A stretch of DNA of 64,000 nt from Candidatus Omnitrophota bacterium (GCA_041650835.1 JBAZKL010000003.1:35682-99681); one strand, 5' to 3'. Counted from the first letter of the stretch, positions 8,708 to 18,475 are shown. Notes: generated by a model not told the origin, from the letters alone. Numbers and translations are program-made.

Positions 8708-11700
8708 CTACCCATCCGAAACTTCCTCTTGTTTTAATTTTTTCTGGAGGCCTTTTTCTTCCAGGATCCGCTTATACTCCAGCGGCATGACTTTTACAAA
8801 ATGTTTAACCTTATTCCTAAAATCGCCGAGCAATTGTCCTGCCAAGCGGCTTTGCGTGTATTTATAGTGGTTTGTAACCAGTTGATGAAGCGTTTCTATA
8901 TCTTGCGCGCCGGGCTTTTGCAGCTCTACCATTTCCATATTGCATTTCCGCGGGAATACTCCAAGCGTATCATAAATATAGGCGATCCCGCCTGACATAC
9001 CCGCGGCAAAATTCCTTCCGGTCTTACCCAGCACTACCACTCTTCCGCCGGTCATATATTCGCAGCCGTGGTCTCCTACTCCCTCAACCACCGTATAGAG
9101 CCCGGAATTACGTATGCAAAAGCGCTCTCCCGCGATTCCCCGGACATACGCCTCGCCGGTAATGGCGCCGTAAAATGTGGTATTGCCGATGATAATGTTT
9201 TCTTCCGGATCAAAAACAGCCTTTTTATCGGGATAAACGATTATTTTCCCGCCGGAAATACCTTTGCCCACATAATCATTACACATCCCTTCCAATTCAA
9301 AGGTGACGCCTTTGGCAAGCCACGCGCCGAAGCTCTGTCCCGCGACCCCCTTGAACACGCAATGGATGGTATCTTCAGGCAAGCCCGTTTCTCCATAGCG
9401 CCGGCAAACTTCACCGCTCAGCATTGCCCCTGTCGTCCTGTCGGTATTCCTGATCTCTAAATTCAGGTTAACCGGTTTTGCCTCATCCAGCGAAGGCTTG
9501 GACATCTCAATGAGTTTAAGGTCCAATATCTTATCTATGCCGTGATCCTGCGTTCTCCGGCAATGCGTAGCGACTGACTGAGGGACCTTCGGCTTATAGA
9601 GGATCTTTGAGAAATCGACTTTCCTGGCTTTCCAGGGGAGGATTGCTTCATTGACCTCCAACAGATCAGTACGGCCGATCATCTCATCCATTGTCCGCAC
9701 CCCCAGCTCGCTCATGATCGAACGTAATTCCTCGATCACAAAATTAAAATACCGAGTAATATATTCCGGCCTTCCCTGGAACTTTTTTTCCAATATTTCA
9801 TCCTGGGTAGCTACTCCGACGGAACAATTATTCAAATGGCAGTGGCGTAACATCACACACCCCATAACGATCAAAACCGCGGTGCAAAAACCGAATTCTT
9901 CGGCTCCTAAAAGCGCAGCCATGGCCACATCACGGCCCGTGCGCATCTGTCCGTCAGTTTGTAAACGCACCCGGCTCCTGAGGTCGTTCAATACCAGTGT
10001 CTGATGGGTTTCCGCTATCCCCAATTCCCACGGCAGCCCCGCGTGTTTTATCGAACTTAACGGGGAAGCGCCTGTCCCGCCGTCGCCTCCGGAAACCAAG
10101 ATCATATCCGCGTGTCCTTTGGCAACTCCCGCGGCGATAGTCCCCACACCGATCTCTGAAACCAGCTTCACGCTGATCCTGGCGCGGGGATTGGTATTTT
10201 TCAGGTCAAAAATAAGCTGCGCGAGGTCCTCAATGGAATAAATATCATGATGCGGCGGAGGAGAGATCAAAGTAACCCCGGGAGTCGTGTACCTGGTTTT
10301 AGCGATCGTGACACTGACTTTATGCCCGGGGAGCTGGCCGCCTTCTCCCGGCTTAGCGCCCTGCGAGATCTTGATCTGCAACTCGTCCGCGTTCACCAAA
10401 TAATTCGTCGTTACTCCGAACCTGCCTGATGCCACCTGTTTTATAGCGCTTCGTTTTGAATCACCGTTCGGAAGCGGCGTAAAACGGGCAGGGTCCTCGC
10501 CCCCTTCGCCGGTATTTGATTTACCCTTGAGCCTGTTCATCGCGACAGCTATGGTTTCATGGGCACCGCGGCTTATCGAACCAAAGCTCATTGCGCCGGT
10601 GGCAAAACGCTTCACTATCTCCGATACAGGCTCAACTTCTCCTAAAGGGACGCGAGAAGCGCTTTTCTTGAATTTTAAAAGGCCGCGTAGGGTAGTCGGT
10701 TGCCGCGACTGGTCATTGATGCATTGAGCGAATTCAACATATTTCTTTTGGTCATCTTTTCTTACCGCGTCCTGCAAAGCGGCAATGCTTTCCGGATTCC
10801 ACAAATGGAACTCCCCGTCGCGCCTCCACTGATAAAGCCCGCCGGAAGGAAGAAAAGGCGCGTCTATCGATCTTACCGGGAAAGCTTCCCGGTGCCTTAA
10901 AAGCGTCTCTTGCGCGATCGTGTCGATACCCGCCCCGCCGATCCGGGAGACCGTCCCCGTAAAACACAGGTCGATCACTTCCTGATGCAGCCCTAATGCC
11001 TCAAATATCTGCGACCCGCGGTAACTCTGCAGCGTTGAGATCCCCATTTTAGATAAGATCTTTAAGATCCCCTTATCAATGGCTTTACAGTAATTTTTAA
11101 GAGCAGCCTTGAGATCAAGGGATAGCTCCCCGTCCTTGATCAATTGGGCCACTGCTTCAAAGGCAAGATACGGATTGACACAATCAGCGCCATAGCCGAA
11201 AAGCAGGGCGAAATGATGCACTTCCCGCGGTTCAGCGCTCTCGATGAAAATACCGATCTGCGTCCTTAATGATTTACGCACCAGGTGATGGTGCACTACC
11301 CCTGTCGCCAGCAACGCGGGCAGCCCCGCCTGCTCCTGATCCACGCCGCGGTCGCTTAAAACAATAAAGGTATACCCTTCTTTAATGGCAACTTCGGCGT
11401 CCGCGCAGATCCTTTTAAGCGCCTTGCGAAAACCGTTCTTTTCTGAAACCGCAAACAAGAGCGATATGACCTTGGTCCTAAAACCGTTGATCTTGATCTT
11501 CTTGATCTTCTCTAATTCGGAGTTCGTGAGGATCGGATGCTTAATGAAGAGCCTATGGCAATGCTCAGGAGTCTCCTCCAGCAGGTTCTTCGCGGGGCCG
11601 ATAAAGCTGAACAAGCTCATGACTAACTCTTCCCTGATAGGGTCTATCGCGGGATTAGTGACCTGCGCGAAAAGCTGCTTAAAGTACGTAAAGAGCAATT

Positions 11701-13273
11701 GCGGTTTCGCGGATAACACCGCATGGGGGGAATCATTTCCCATGGAGCCAATAGGCTCCTGGCCGGTCTCAGCCATAGGCTTAATAATGCTTTTAAGGTC
11801 TTCCCGGGTATAGCCGAACGCCTTTAAAGTTACGAGAACATTCTTTGCTTTAACTTCCCTGGGCTTCTTTTCAGGCAAAGCGTCAAAATCAACCAAATGC
11901 TCTTTAAGCCAGTCGCCATAGGGTTTTTGCCCGGCGATCGTCTCTTTAACCTCTTTATCGTCGATCAAGCGGCCCGCGTGAGTGTCGATAAAGAATATTT
12001 TACCCGGCTCAAGCCTTCCGGAGCTGACAATGTCCTCGGGAGCAATATCCAGGACACCGACTTCAGAGGCCATAACCACGGTATCATGCCTGGTAATTAT
12101 ATACCGCGCCGGCCGCAACCCATTACGGTCGAGCACAGCCCCTACTCTTGTGCCGTCGGTAAAAGCGATCGCCGCGGGGCCGTCCCAGGGCTCCATGCAA
12201 CTGATGTGATATTTATAGAAATCTTTTACCCCGGCGTCCATATGGGCATCATGCTCCCACGCGGACGGAATAAGCATCATCATAACGTGCGCGAGGGACC
12301 TGCCTGATAACAAGAGAAGTTCAAAAACATTATCCAGGGTCGCTGAATCGCTGCCGCCGGGGACGACAATAGGCAGGATCTTCTTTAACTCTTTGCCCAA
12401 CAGAGCGCTTTTCATGAGCCCCTGGCGCGCCTGCATCCAATTTATGTTGCCGCGCAGCGTATTGATCTCGCCGTTATGCGCCAGGAAGCGGAACGGCTGC
12501 GCCAAGTCCCAGGTAGGAAAAGTATTCGTGCTGTAGCGTGAATGCACCAGGCCCAGCGCGCTCTTAAGGCGGCTGTCGCGAAGATCAGTAAAGAACGTAT
12601 CCACCTGATGAGGCATTAAAAGGCCTTTATAGGAAAATGTACGGCACGAAAGATTAGTAATATAAAAAAACGATCTTTGTTTTAATGAAGAGGCCCTGAC
12701 GAGATTTTCGACTTTTTTCCTGATGATGTAGAGCGTTCTTTCAAAAGCCAACTCATCCGCGAAAGCAAACTCATCTTTGCCGCGGGAAATATTCTTACCG
12801 ATAAAGACCTGTTCAATAACCGGTTCGCTCTCTTTCGCAGCCTGTCCTATCACGTTATTATCAACCGGCACTTCCCGCCACCCTAAGAGCAATTGACGCT
12901 CTTCTTTGATTGCCGCCGCAAACGCATTTTTACAGAACGCGCGCTCCTTTTTATCCGTCGGCAGAAAAACCAGCCCTGCGCCATAGCCCCCCTGGGCGGG
13001 GAGGCTGATCTTTACTTGCCGGCAGACATCGGTAAAGAATTCATGCGGCATCTGGATCAAAATACCCGCGCCATCCCCGGTCTTCGGATCAGCGCCTGTG
13101 GCGCCGCGATGGGAAAGCCGGTGCAGTACCTCAAGTGCGGACCTGACGATCTCATTGGAACGCTTCCCTTTTATGTTACAGACAAAGCCGACACCGCAGG
13201 AATCATGTTCAAAACGGCTATCATAGAGCCCGTGACGTTCTAATGCTTCTCGATTGTTCATTAACACACTCAT
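8708..13273 (-). CDS. gltB: glutamate synthase large subunit
   Basis: 1521 aa; N-terminal Ntn amidotransferase with Cys-1 (FEHDSCGVGF), FMN and GXGXG domains. Confidence 0.95.
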   Translation of the reverse strand: MSVLMNNREALERHGLYDSRFEHDSCGVGFVCNIKGKRSNEIVRSALEVLHRLSHRGATGADPKTGDGAGILIQMPHEFFTDVCRQVKISLPAQGGYGAGLVFLPTDKKERAFCKNAFAAAIKEERQLLLGWREVPVDNNVIGQAAKESEPVIEQVFIGKNISRGKDEFAFADELAFERTLYIIRKKVENLVRASSLKQRSFFYITNLSCRTFSYKGLLMPHQVDTFFTDLRDSRLKSALGLVHSRYSTNTFPTWDLAQPFRFLAHNGEINTLRGNINWMQARQGLMKSALLGKELKKILPIVVPGGSDSATLDNVFELLLLSGRSLAHVMMMLIPSAWEHDAHMDAGVKDFYKYHISCMEPWDGPAAIAFTDGTRVGAVLDRNGLRPARYIITRHDTVVMASEVGVLDIAPEDIVSSGRLEPGKIFFIDTHAGRLIDDKEVKETIAGQKPYGDWLKEHLVDFDALPEKKPREVKAKNVLVTLKAFGYTREDLKSIIKPMAETGQEPIGSMGNDSPHAVLSAKPQLLFTYFKQLFAQVTNPAIDPIREELVMSLFSFIGPAKNLLEETPEHCHRLFIKHPILTNSELEKIKKIKINGFRTKVISLLFAVSEKNGFRKALKRICADAEVAIKEGYTFIVLSDRGVDQEQAGLPALLATGVVHHHLVRKSLRTQIGIFIESAEPREVHHFALLFGYGADCVNPYLAFEAVAQLIKDGELSLDLKAALKNYCKAIDKGILKILSKMGISTLQSYRGSQIFEALGLHQEVIDLCFTGTVSRIGGAGIDTIAQETLLRHREAFPVRSIDAPFLPSGGLYQWRRDGEFHLWNPESIAALQDAVRKDDQKKYVEFAQCINDQSRQPTTLRGLLKFKKSASRVPLGEVEPVSEIVKRFATGAMSFGSISRGAHETIAVAMNRLKGKSNTGEGGEDPARFTPLPNGDSKRSAIKQVASGRFGVTTNYLVNADELQIKISQGAKPGEGGQLPGHKVSVTIAKTRYTTPGVTLISPPPHHDIYSIEDLAQLIFDLKNTNPRARISVKLVSEIGVGTIAAGVAKGHADMILVSGGDGGTGASPLSSIKHAGLPWELGIAETHQTLVLNDLRSRVRLQTDGQMRTGRDVAMAALLGAEEFGFCTAVLIVMGCVMLRHCHLNNCSVGVATQDEILEKKFQGRPEYITRYFNFVIEELRSIMSELGVRTMDEMIGRTDLLEVNEAILPWKARKVDFSKILYKPKVPQSVATHCRRTQDHGIDKILDLKLIEMSKPSLDEAKPVNLNLEIRNTDRTTGAMLSGEVCRRYGETGLPEDTIHCVFKGVAGQSFGAWLAKGVTFELEGMCNDYVGKGISGGKIIVYPDKKAVFDPEENIIIGNTTFYGAITGEAYVRGIAGERFCIRNSGLYTVVEGVGDHGCEYMTGGRVVVLGKTGRNFAAGMSGGIAYIYDTLGVFPRKCNMEMVELQKPGAQDIETLHQLVTNHYKYTQSRLAGQLLGDFRNKVKHFVKVMPLEYKRILEEKGLQKKLKQEEVSDG

Positions 13274-13285
13274 GCTTTCGGTAAT

Positions 13286-13528
13286 TTATAAATGTTTATA
13301 GTTATTCGGATCGATCCCTAATTTTCTTATTTTTGAGCGCATGGTATTGCGGTTGATGCCTAAAATGCGGGCGGCTTTCAGCTGGTTGCCTGCGGTACGC
13401 TCGAGCGCGCGTTCAAACAAGGGCTTCTCTACCGTTTCAATAATGAGCTTATATAATACACCTTTCTTGTTCTGATACAAGAAATTCTCAAATTCAACGA
13501 CTTTGCCTTTTAACGAATTGATATCCAT
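13286..13528 (-). CDS. Fis-family DNA-binding protein, first gene of fis-gltB-gltD operon
   Basis: C-terminal HTH QLKAARILGINRNTMRSKIRKLGI. Confidence 0.7.
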   Translation of the reverse strand: MDINSLKGKVVEFENFLYQNKKGVLYKLIIETVEKPLFERALERTAGNQLKAARILGINRNTMRSKIRKLGIDPNNYKHL

Positions 13529-13695
13529 TCTTGCGCCTTAAAAGGGCCTATGCCCAAAGTTTAAGCAATAGAGAATAAAAAAAAACGCCCACACAAACGC
13601 TTTACTTCGCGCCTGTAATGAACGTCAATGTTCAATCTTTATTCTTTATTACTGTCGGCACAACAATGTGCCTAAATAATATACAATAGCTTCTT

Positions 13696-13731
13696 ATTAT
13701 ATACAAGTAAAAAAATAATAATCCTGGTAAC
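13696..13731 (-). promoter_or_regulatory. promoter for fis-gltBD: GTTACCAGG-N21-TATAAT (extended -10 TGTATATAAT) reading toward lower coordinates
   Basis: plus strand ATTATAtacaagtaaaaaaataataatCCTGGTAAC; same architecture at four other loci. Confidence 0.5.
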
Positions 13732-13828
13732 ACTTATTTTCATGAAACCAGTGACTTATAAAGAAGCGCCACCATACATCATTTATACCTGAACAACAAT
13801 AGTTATGTTTAAGAAAGGCTTTATTAAT

Positions 13829-14002
13829 GAACGGGTCCTGTCTTGGACTGTTTTCTCGCGGGGACGTTTGCCCCGCCCCGGCGTGGCGGGGCTGCACTCA
13901 GGTCGGCTGCGTCGCTCTGCCCGACTTCGTTTATCGAGGGGCATCCGTGCCCGCTCCTTGCCTTTATGCCCCACTCGTAAACAGTCCAAGCCACCCGTTC
14001 AC
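13829..14002. ncRNA. structured element E1 (~174 nt; long closing stem, internal hairpins), paralog of E2; candidate regulatory RNA/DNA element upstream of fis-gltBD promoter
   Basis: ends gaacgggtcctgtcttggactg ... cagtccaagccacccgttcac pair; compensatory changes against E2 in at least three stems. Confidence 0.5.
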
Positions 14003-14175
14003 TAACAGAATTACCAACCAAACACATAACACAGGTCTCATGACACAAACAACTGATTTATTAGATAACGAATCTGGCGGTTTTTCGAGCGCCCTCCTTC
14101 TCCCTTTTATAGACTTGCAATATCTTTGGCGGACTTCGGAGGATAAATAATGTCGATTTTAAAATTTTAGTTAGC

Positions 14176-14342
14176 GGGTGCCGAGGCGCGATTTGAGCAG
14201 GACGTAAAGGCGACGAGCGGGCATGGTGTCCGAGCGCATAGCGCGAGGACGAGCGAGGAAGCCGATGCGAGCGAGCTTTTCCACGCCGGGGAAAAGCGAG
14301 CGTTCCTGCGAAAACGCGCCTCGGCAGGACCCGCGAAATTCC
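14176..14342. repeat. long-hairpin element F1 (14-bp terminal inverted repeat gggtGCCGAGGCgcg...cgcGCCTCGGCagg, GAGCG-rich interior), immediately 3' of GltB-like gene
   Basis: paralog at 18274-18432 with covarying terminal repeat. Confidence 0.5.
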
Positions 14343-14452
14343 TAAACGAAAAGATTGACAGGGACATTCTAGTTATACGACTGTAAAATAAAAACGGGGT
14401 TTGCCCGGACAACACCGGACAAACCCCGCACAACTTCAAAAAAACCGGCGTA

Positions 14453-16045
14453 TTATTTCCCGTCGATTATTTTTTCCGCTTCTTTACGGTAGGCATCCAT
14501 CACATACGGTATCCCTGAGATCTCCTCCGCTTCTTTGGTCAAGCTCATCAGGTCTTTGCGTGAGATGCTCTTGAGGCTGAAATTCCGCGAGCCAGCCATC
14601 AATTGCTGCAACCCTACCCTTAACCGCTGGCTGAAAGTATAAATTCCCACAGCTCCCAACGGGATATCTTTCATATCCTTACCGTATTTCTCCGCCAATT
14701 CTTCATAGCAGACGAAGATCTCTTCCGGCTTGGTACCGAATTCTGATACCGTCGGAGGCAAGGTGCCGTTCTTGATCCAATCGCCGACATTCTTACCGAC
14801 GAATCCGGGGATCATGAGCGCCCGGCCCATACACACAGCCTTGACATACGGAGACCCCATAGCGATCACTTTAAAGATATGATCCTCAAGGGCAAAACCA
14901 CCGGCGATAGCGATATCCGGGATCCGCATTTTCTTCTTGGACAATCTGTCGCAGAATTCCTGCGTCAACGCCTGCAGATAGAATGTGGGAATACCCCATT
15001 CCTGCATCATTCTCCAGGGGCTCATACCGGTGCCGCCGGGAGCGCCGTCAATGGTCAAAAGGTCGATCTTTGCCATTGAGGAGAACTTTAACGCCTGCGC
15101 TAACTCCACCATAGAATAGGCGCCGGTCTTAAGCGTTATCCTCTTAAATCCGAGGTCTCTTAATCGTTTTATCTCTTTCATGAAGCCTTCTTCAGAGACA
15201 AAACCTAAACGGGAATGGCGTTCGAATTCTTTGATAGCGCCGGCTTTAAAAGCTTCCTGGGTAGCATGCACTGTCGGGTCCGGGGTAACGATATACCCGC
15301 GCTTCTTCAATTCAAGCGCCCGTTCAAGGGACTTGACCTTGATCTCACCGCCGATACACTTGGCGCCCTGGCCCCATTTCAGTTCAATGGTATCCAATTT
15401 ATGTTTCTTACGCACATATTCAGCAACGCCTAAACGGGTATCTTCGACGTTCATCTGAACTAAGATCTCGCCAAATCCGTCATGGAACCTTTTATAAAGC
15501 TCGATCCTTCTATCCATATCAGGAGCGCTGGTGATCTTGCCTTTACCGTCTAATTCCAGCTTCGGGTCAATACCGCAGACGTTCTCGCCGCAGACGATGG
15601 TGACACCCGAGATCGCGGCACCGATAGCAAAATGCTCCCAATTCTTACGGGCGATCTCCGTTGAACCGAGCGCGCCGGTAAAAATAGGCATTTTCATTCG
15701 AACCTTCATATCCCAGCCGTATTCGGTCTGAGTATCGACCGAAGGGAACGTAGCGGTATCCGGACCTCCCTCAACTCCCTTAGGCATACCGTTTGCGCCC
15801 TGGGCATACCCCTGGATATTCAAATGGGAATAATCAACCGGATAATCCTTGTCGCCTCCGGCGGTCATTTCACCGAACGGACCCGGATAGATCACTTCTC
15901 TTCCTCTAAATGATGATTTGAATACTTCGCAATTACCGCGGCAAGACTCAAGACAACGGGAACATAACCCTGAGCAAGGCACTACATTTTTAGAACGATT
16001 GAATGTACGGGTTGCGTCATTCCCCCCCGGAGTTCGTAAATTCAT
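14453..16045 (-). CDS. glutamate synthase domain-2-like FMN-dependent protein (archaeal-type GltB homolog)
   Basis: 530 aa; glutamate synthase FMN domain-like sequence (GAPGGTGMSPW..., IAGGF) preceded by Cys-rich N-terminus. Confidence 0.75.
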   Translation of the reverse strand: MNLRTPGGNDATRTFNRSKNVVPCSGLCSRCLESCRGNCEVFKSSFRGREVIYPGPFGEMTAGGDKDYPVDYSHLNIQGYAQGANGMPKGVEGGPDTATFPSVDTQTEYGWDMKVRMKMPIFTGALGSTEIARKNWEHFAIGAAISGVTIVCGENVCGIDPKLELDGKGKITSAPDMDRRIELYKRFHDGFGEILVQMNVEDTRLGVAEYVRKKHKLDTIELKWGQGAKCIGGEIKVKSLERALELKKRGYIVTPDPTVHATQEAFKAGAIKEFERHSRLGFVSEEGFMKEIKRLRDLGFKRITLKTGAYSMVELAQALKFSSMAKIDLLTIDGAPGGTGMSPWRMMQEWGIPTFYLQALTQEFCDRLSKKKMRIPDIAIAGGFALEDHIFKVIAMGSPYVKAVCMGRALMIPGFVGKNVGDWIKNGTLPPTVSEFGTKPEEIFVCYEELAEKYGKDMKDIPLGAVGIYTFSQRLRVGLQQLMAGSRNFSLKSISRKDLMSLTKEAEEISGIPYVMDAYRKEAEKIIDGK

Positions 16046-16125
16046 AATCCCCCCTTTTTTGTTGAAGAAAGCCTACCTGCTTAATAATTATGCACATTAT
16101 GCTTATCTTTTGGGCACCATTGCTC

Positions 16126-16243
16126 AAAAAAAAAGACGACCTTCTCACGAGAGAATGGACGCCATTGTCCACTGCAAATCATGTAAATTGTATCTTATCA
16201 TAAAAGGTCGTTTTGTCAACTATTGGATTAATTGGGTAACTGG
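16126..16243 (-). promoter_or_regulatory. promoter (TTGACA-N17-TAAGAT with upstream GGTAAC-type motif) and leader with small hairpins followed by U9 run, for GltB-like gene
   Basis: minus strand GTTACCCAAttaatccaatagTTGACAaaacgaccttttatgaTAAGAT; downstream ggtcgtcttttttttt. Confidence 0.4.
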
Positions 16244-16332
16244 CGCGGAATAAATGACTTTCTTTCCTATAAAAATAGTAACCAAACACACGTAAGTCTA
16301 AGACAATGGTCTATGATCGCAGGAGATCGGGT

Positions 16333-16506
16333 GAACGGGTCCTGTCTTGGTTTGTTTTTCGCAGGGACGTTTGTCCTGCCCCAGCGTGGCAGGACTGCAC
16401 TCCCTTTCAGCCCCTCACTCTGCCCGATAATTTTTTAGAGGGGCAACCATGCCCGCTCGGGGCTTCCAGAGGCCCTGCTCAAAACTAAACCAAGCCACCC
16501 GTTCAC
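16333..16506. ncRNA. structured element E2 (paralog of E1), upstream of GltB-like gene promoter
   Basis: same 174-nt length and termini as E1; stems gcaggg/ccctgc, tcctgcc/ggcagga, cttggttt/aaaccaag covary with E1. Confidence 0.5.
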
Positions 16507-16568
16507 AATAAAAATGCTATCAAGACACATAATACAGATTACAGGACACAAGTATTCCATGGTAGATG

Positions 16569-16730
16569 GAAAACTTTACGGTTTTTGCTTTAAGCGCACA
16601 TTTGAAAACTTTCGGCACAAGGGTTTTATCTGCAGTGCGCAAAGATTTACGGCGAGTTGAAGCACGCTCTTTACGTAAGTCTATTGCGTAAACGAGCCGT
16701 AAACTGTAGCGCACGGCGAAAGTTTTTTTG
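16569..16730. repeat. rod-like structured repeat K1 (aaactttacgg...ccgtaaa termini), paralog at 22896-23066
   Basis: shared blocks aaactttacggtt-tgct-aagcgcacatt-gaaaacttt and gttgaagcacg; 5' gaaaactttcg pairs with 3' cgaaagtttt. Confidence 0.45.
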
Positions 16731-16800
16731 CTGCAGAAAGCAGCACACCTGCGCATTTTCCAATAAGCGCAGGGTGAAGCGTAAGCAAAAAGCGGAAAGT
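16730..16800. repeat. REP-like hairpin unit (ctgcagaaagcagcacacc-tgcgca-ttttccaataa-gcgcagggtg)
   Basis: same family as 60-360, 6075-6150, 33735-33790, 60010-60060. Confidence 0.5.
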
Positions 16801-16920
16801 TATATCGCAAAAATAGTGGATAATAGAATATCTATGGCTAGGGAATCAAGGAAACCGGGGATCGTGGTAAAAAAGTCACAAGACGCAACCGCTGTGATTA
16901 AATCGAACCGTCCCCTATTT

Positions 16921-17577
16921 TTAACGAGGATGCAGCTTCTTCCAGCGCTCAGTAAAAAGAAAAAAGACTCCCGGGCCGAAGGAGCACAACATGACTGCCA
17001 GGCCGAAAGCGATCCCCAGGAATGTGCCAAAGCCGGCGCAGCAATAATTCCTGTAGCGCGCCAGGATATGTAACGGGACCGCCACCAGAAGTTCCAGGAT
17101 ACTGCCGCGAAAAAAGCTCAGGCGGATCCTTTCTAAGAAAGATTGCGGTGCCAGCTTCCTGCTCCAGACATAAAAAACGCATCCCCAAACAACCCAAGAC
17201 GCTCCCAACGCAGCAAGCGCCAGCCATTCTTTCATGTTTTTACCCTGGCTCACGGTTTCATTGATCGCCAAGACTATCCCCGCAACAAGTAATGCCATCA
17301 GCAGAGAAGAAAACACAACCACCGGCACAATGCTACGTTGTGAAACCGGCCGGCGATCGGTCAGGTCTACATGAACATCGAGCAACGCTGCCTGGGCAGC
17401 GAGAAACAAGGCAAAGCCCACCCAATAAGGCCAATGAGTAAAAAGCTCCTCGAATGCTTTGAGATTTATATTATTTTTAGGGTCAAGGCTCAAAAAAGAC
17501 AGGATAGTGACAGGAAAGGTAAAAATGATAATGATCAATCCGTACAGCGCCAATACCACCAGAGCCCATTTTTTCAT
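16921..17577 (-). CDS. integral membrane protein, unknown function
   Basis: 218 aa, several hydrophobic helices. Confidence 0.5.
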   Translation of the reverse strand: MKKWALVVLALYGLIIIIFTFPVTILSFLSLDPKNNINLKAFEELFTHWPYWVGFALFLAAQAALLDVHVDLTDRRPVSQRSIVPVVVFSSLLMALLVAGIVLAINETVSQGKNMKEWLALAALGASWVVWGCVFYVWSRKLAPQSFLERIRLSFFRGSILELLVAVPLHILARYRNYCCAGFGTFLGIAFGLAVMLCSFGPGVFFLFTERWKKLHPR

Positions 17578-17620
17578 ACCATCCCCCTTAATAACAACCG
17601 TATATACCGTTAATTTTAAA

Positions 17621-17748
17621 AGCTAAAGGCTAAATAACAAAAGAAGATTAAAGGTATAAGGTTTAATTTTAAAATTTCCTACCTGCCGGTAGGCAGGAAC
17701 CTTTTGCCTTTGAATTTTCTTTGTTATTTATTCTTTAGCCTTTAAACT
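17621..17748. repeat. AT-rich ~130-bp palindromic element (copy 2 of 4)
   Basis: arms aaaggctaaataacaaaagaagattaaaggtataaggtttaatttt / mirror image, central cctacctgccggtaggcagg. Confidence 0.55.
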
Positions 17749-17759
17749 TACATCAGTAC

Positions 17760-17987
17760 CTATACTTCTTTCTTTATCACCTTGAAAAACTGTAGCTTCT
17801 TACACTGAGGGCATAAACCCAGGGTCCTTTTCCCCTTACTCTTGGCGTAAGCGCGCACGCCGCCGGCAGCCCAATATGATATCGAATAACCGCACTGCGG
17901 GCATTCCAGAAACCATTTCTTGGATTCATCCTCGACTTTCTGAAAAACCTTCTTAGGCAGTAACTTTTTGAGAATTTTGCGTAACAT
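17760..17987 (-). CDS. small zinc-ribbon protein (CxxC...CxxC)
   Basis: 75 aa, CPQCGYS...CPQCKK. Confidence 0.4.
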   Translation of the reverse strand: MLRKILKKLLPKKVFQKVEDESKKWFLECPQCGYSISYWAAGGVRAYAKSKGKRTLGLCPQCKKLQFFKVIKKEV

Positions 17988-18273
17988 AGCGCATCCTCCT
18001 TACCTTACCATAATCCCAAACATATAAATCTCCTATTCCTTCGAAGCCCTACCAATGAGAAAAAAAACCTGCCATATCCCCTTAATTCTAACATCGATCG
18101 ATCTTGCATATATTCCCTTTCTTCCGGTTTATAATAACCTCAACTTAATAAACCTTCCGGCAGTATTACAGATAAATTACCCCTTATTGATTTATTGTAC
18201 CGCTCATATACCGCTTGTCAATGTTTTAAGGGGAGTAAAGCGGGGGGAAACTTGGTCAAGATGAGAGTTATGC

Positions 18274-18432
18274 GGCTGCCGAGGCATGTTTTGAGCGGCA
18301 CATAAGGAAACTTGAGCGGGCACGGCTTGCCGCATTCTCAAATAATTACCAAGAGCGAAAGTTTCCGCTGAGCGCAGATTTTTCACGCTGGGAAAAATCA
18401 AGCGATGCCGCGAAAAATATGCCTCGGCAGCC
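18274..18432. repeat. long-hairpin element F2 (ggctGCCGAGGCat...atGCCTCGGCagcc), immediately 3' of amidotransferase gene
   Basis: paralog of F1. Confidence 0.5.
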
Positions 18433-18475
18433 ACAACATTATCTCAGCTCGAAATCTTTCAGTAGTATAAAATGA

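Noticed and set aside
8801-13243. Numerous 60-140 aa plus-strand ORFs inside gltB, and similar antisense ORFs inside gltD, glnN, atp and pst genes
   Set aside because: They lie wholly inside long well-supported genes on the opposite strand, show no recognisable motifs and have biased low-complexity composition. They are treated as incidental.
13783-14150. ORFs of 66-107 aa overlapping element E1 (and 16306-16488 overlapping E2)
   Set aside because: The nucleotide-level conservation between E1 and E2 keeps base pairing rather than a reading frame, and the two copies do not share a frame.
14167-14439. 90-aa ORF inside F1, and 18204-18434 76-aa ORF inside F2
   Set aside because: The similarity between the two loci is at DNA level, with inverted-repeat termini. 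The translated products are low complexity and only loosely similar.
13829-16506. Sigma54 (-24/-12) promoter inside E1/E2 (GGCAC...TGC segments)
   Set aside because: The spacing between GG and GC elements does not match TGGCAC-N5-TTGC on either strand.
13829-16506. Calling E1/E2 a glutamine riboswitch or 6S RNA outright
   Set aside because: I cannot reproduce the Rfam consensus from memory well enough. The elements lie upstream of the identifiable promoters rather than clearly in the leaders. They are reported as unclassified structured elements instead.
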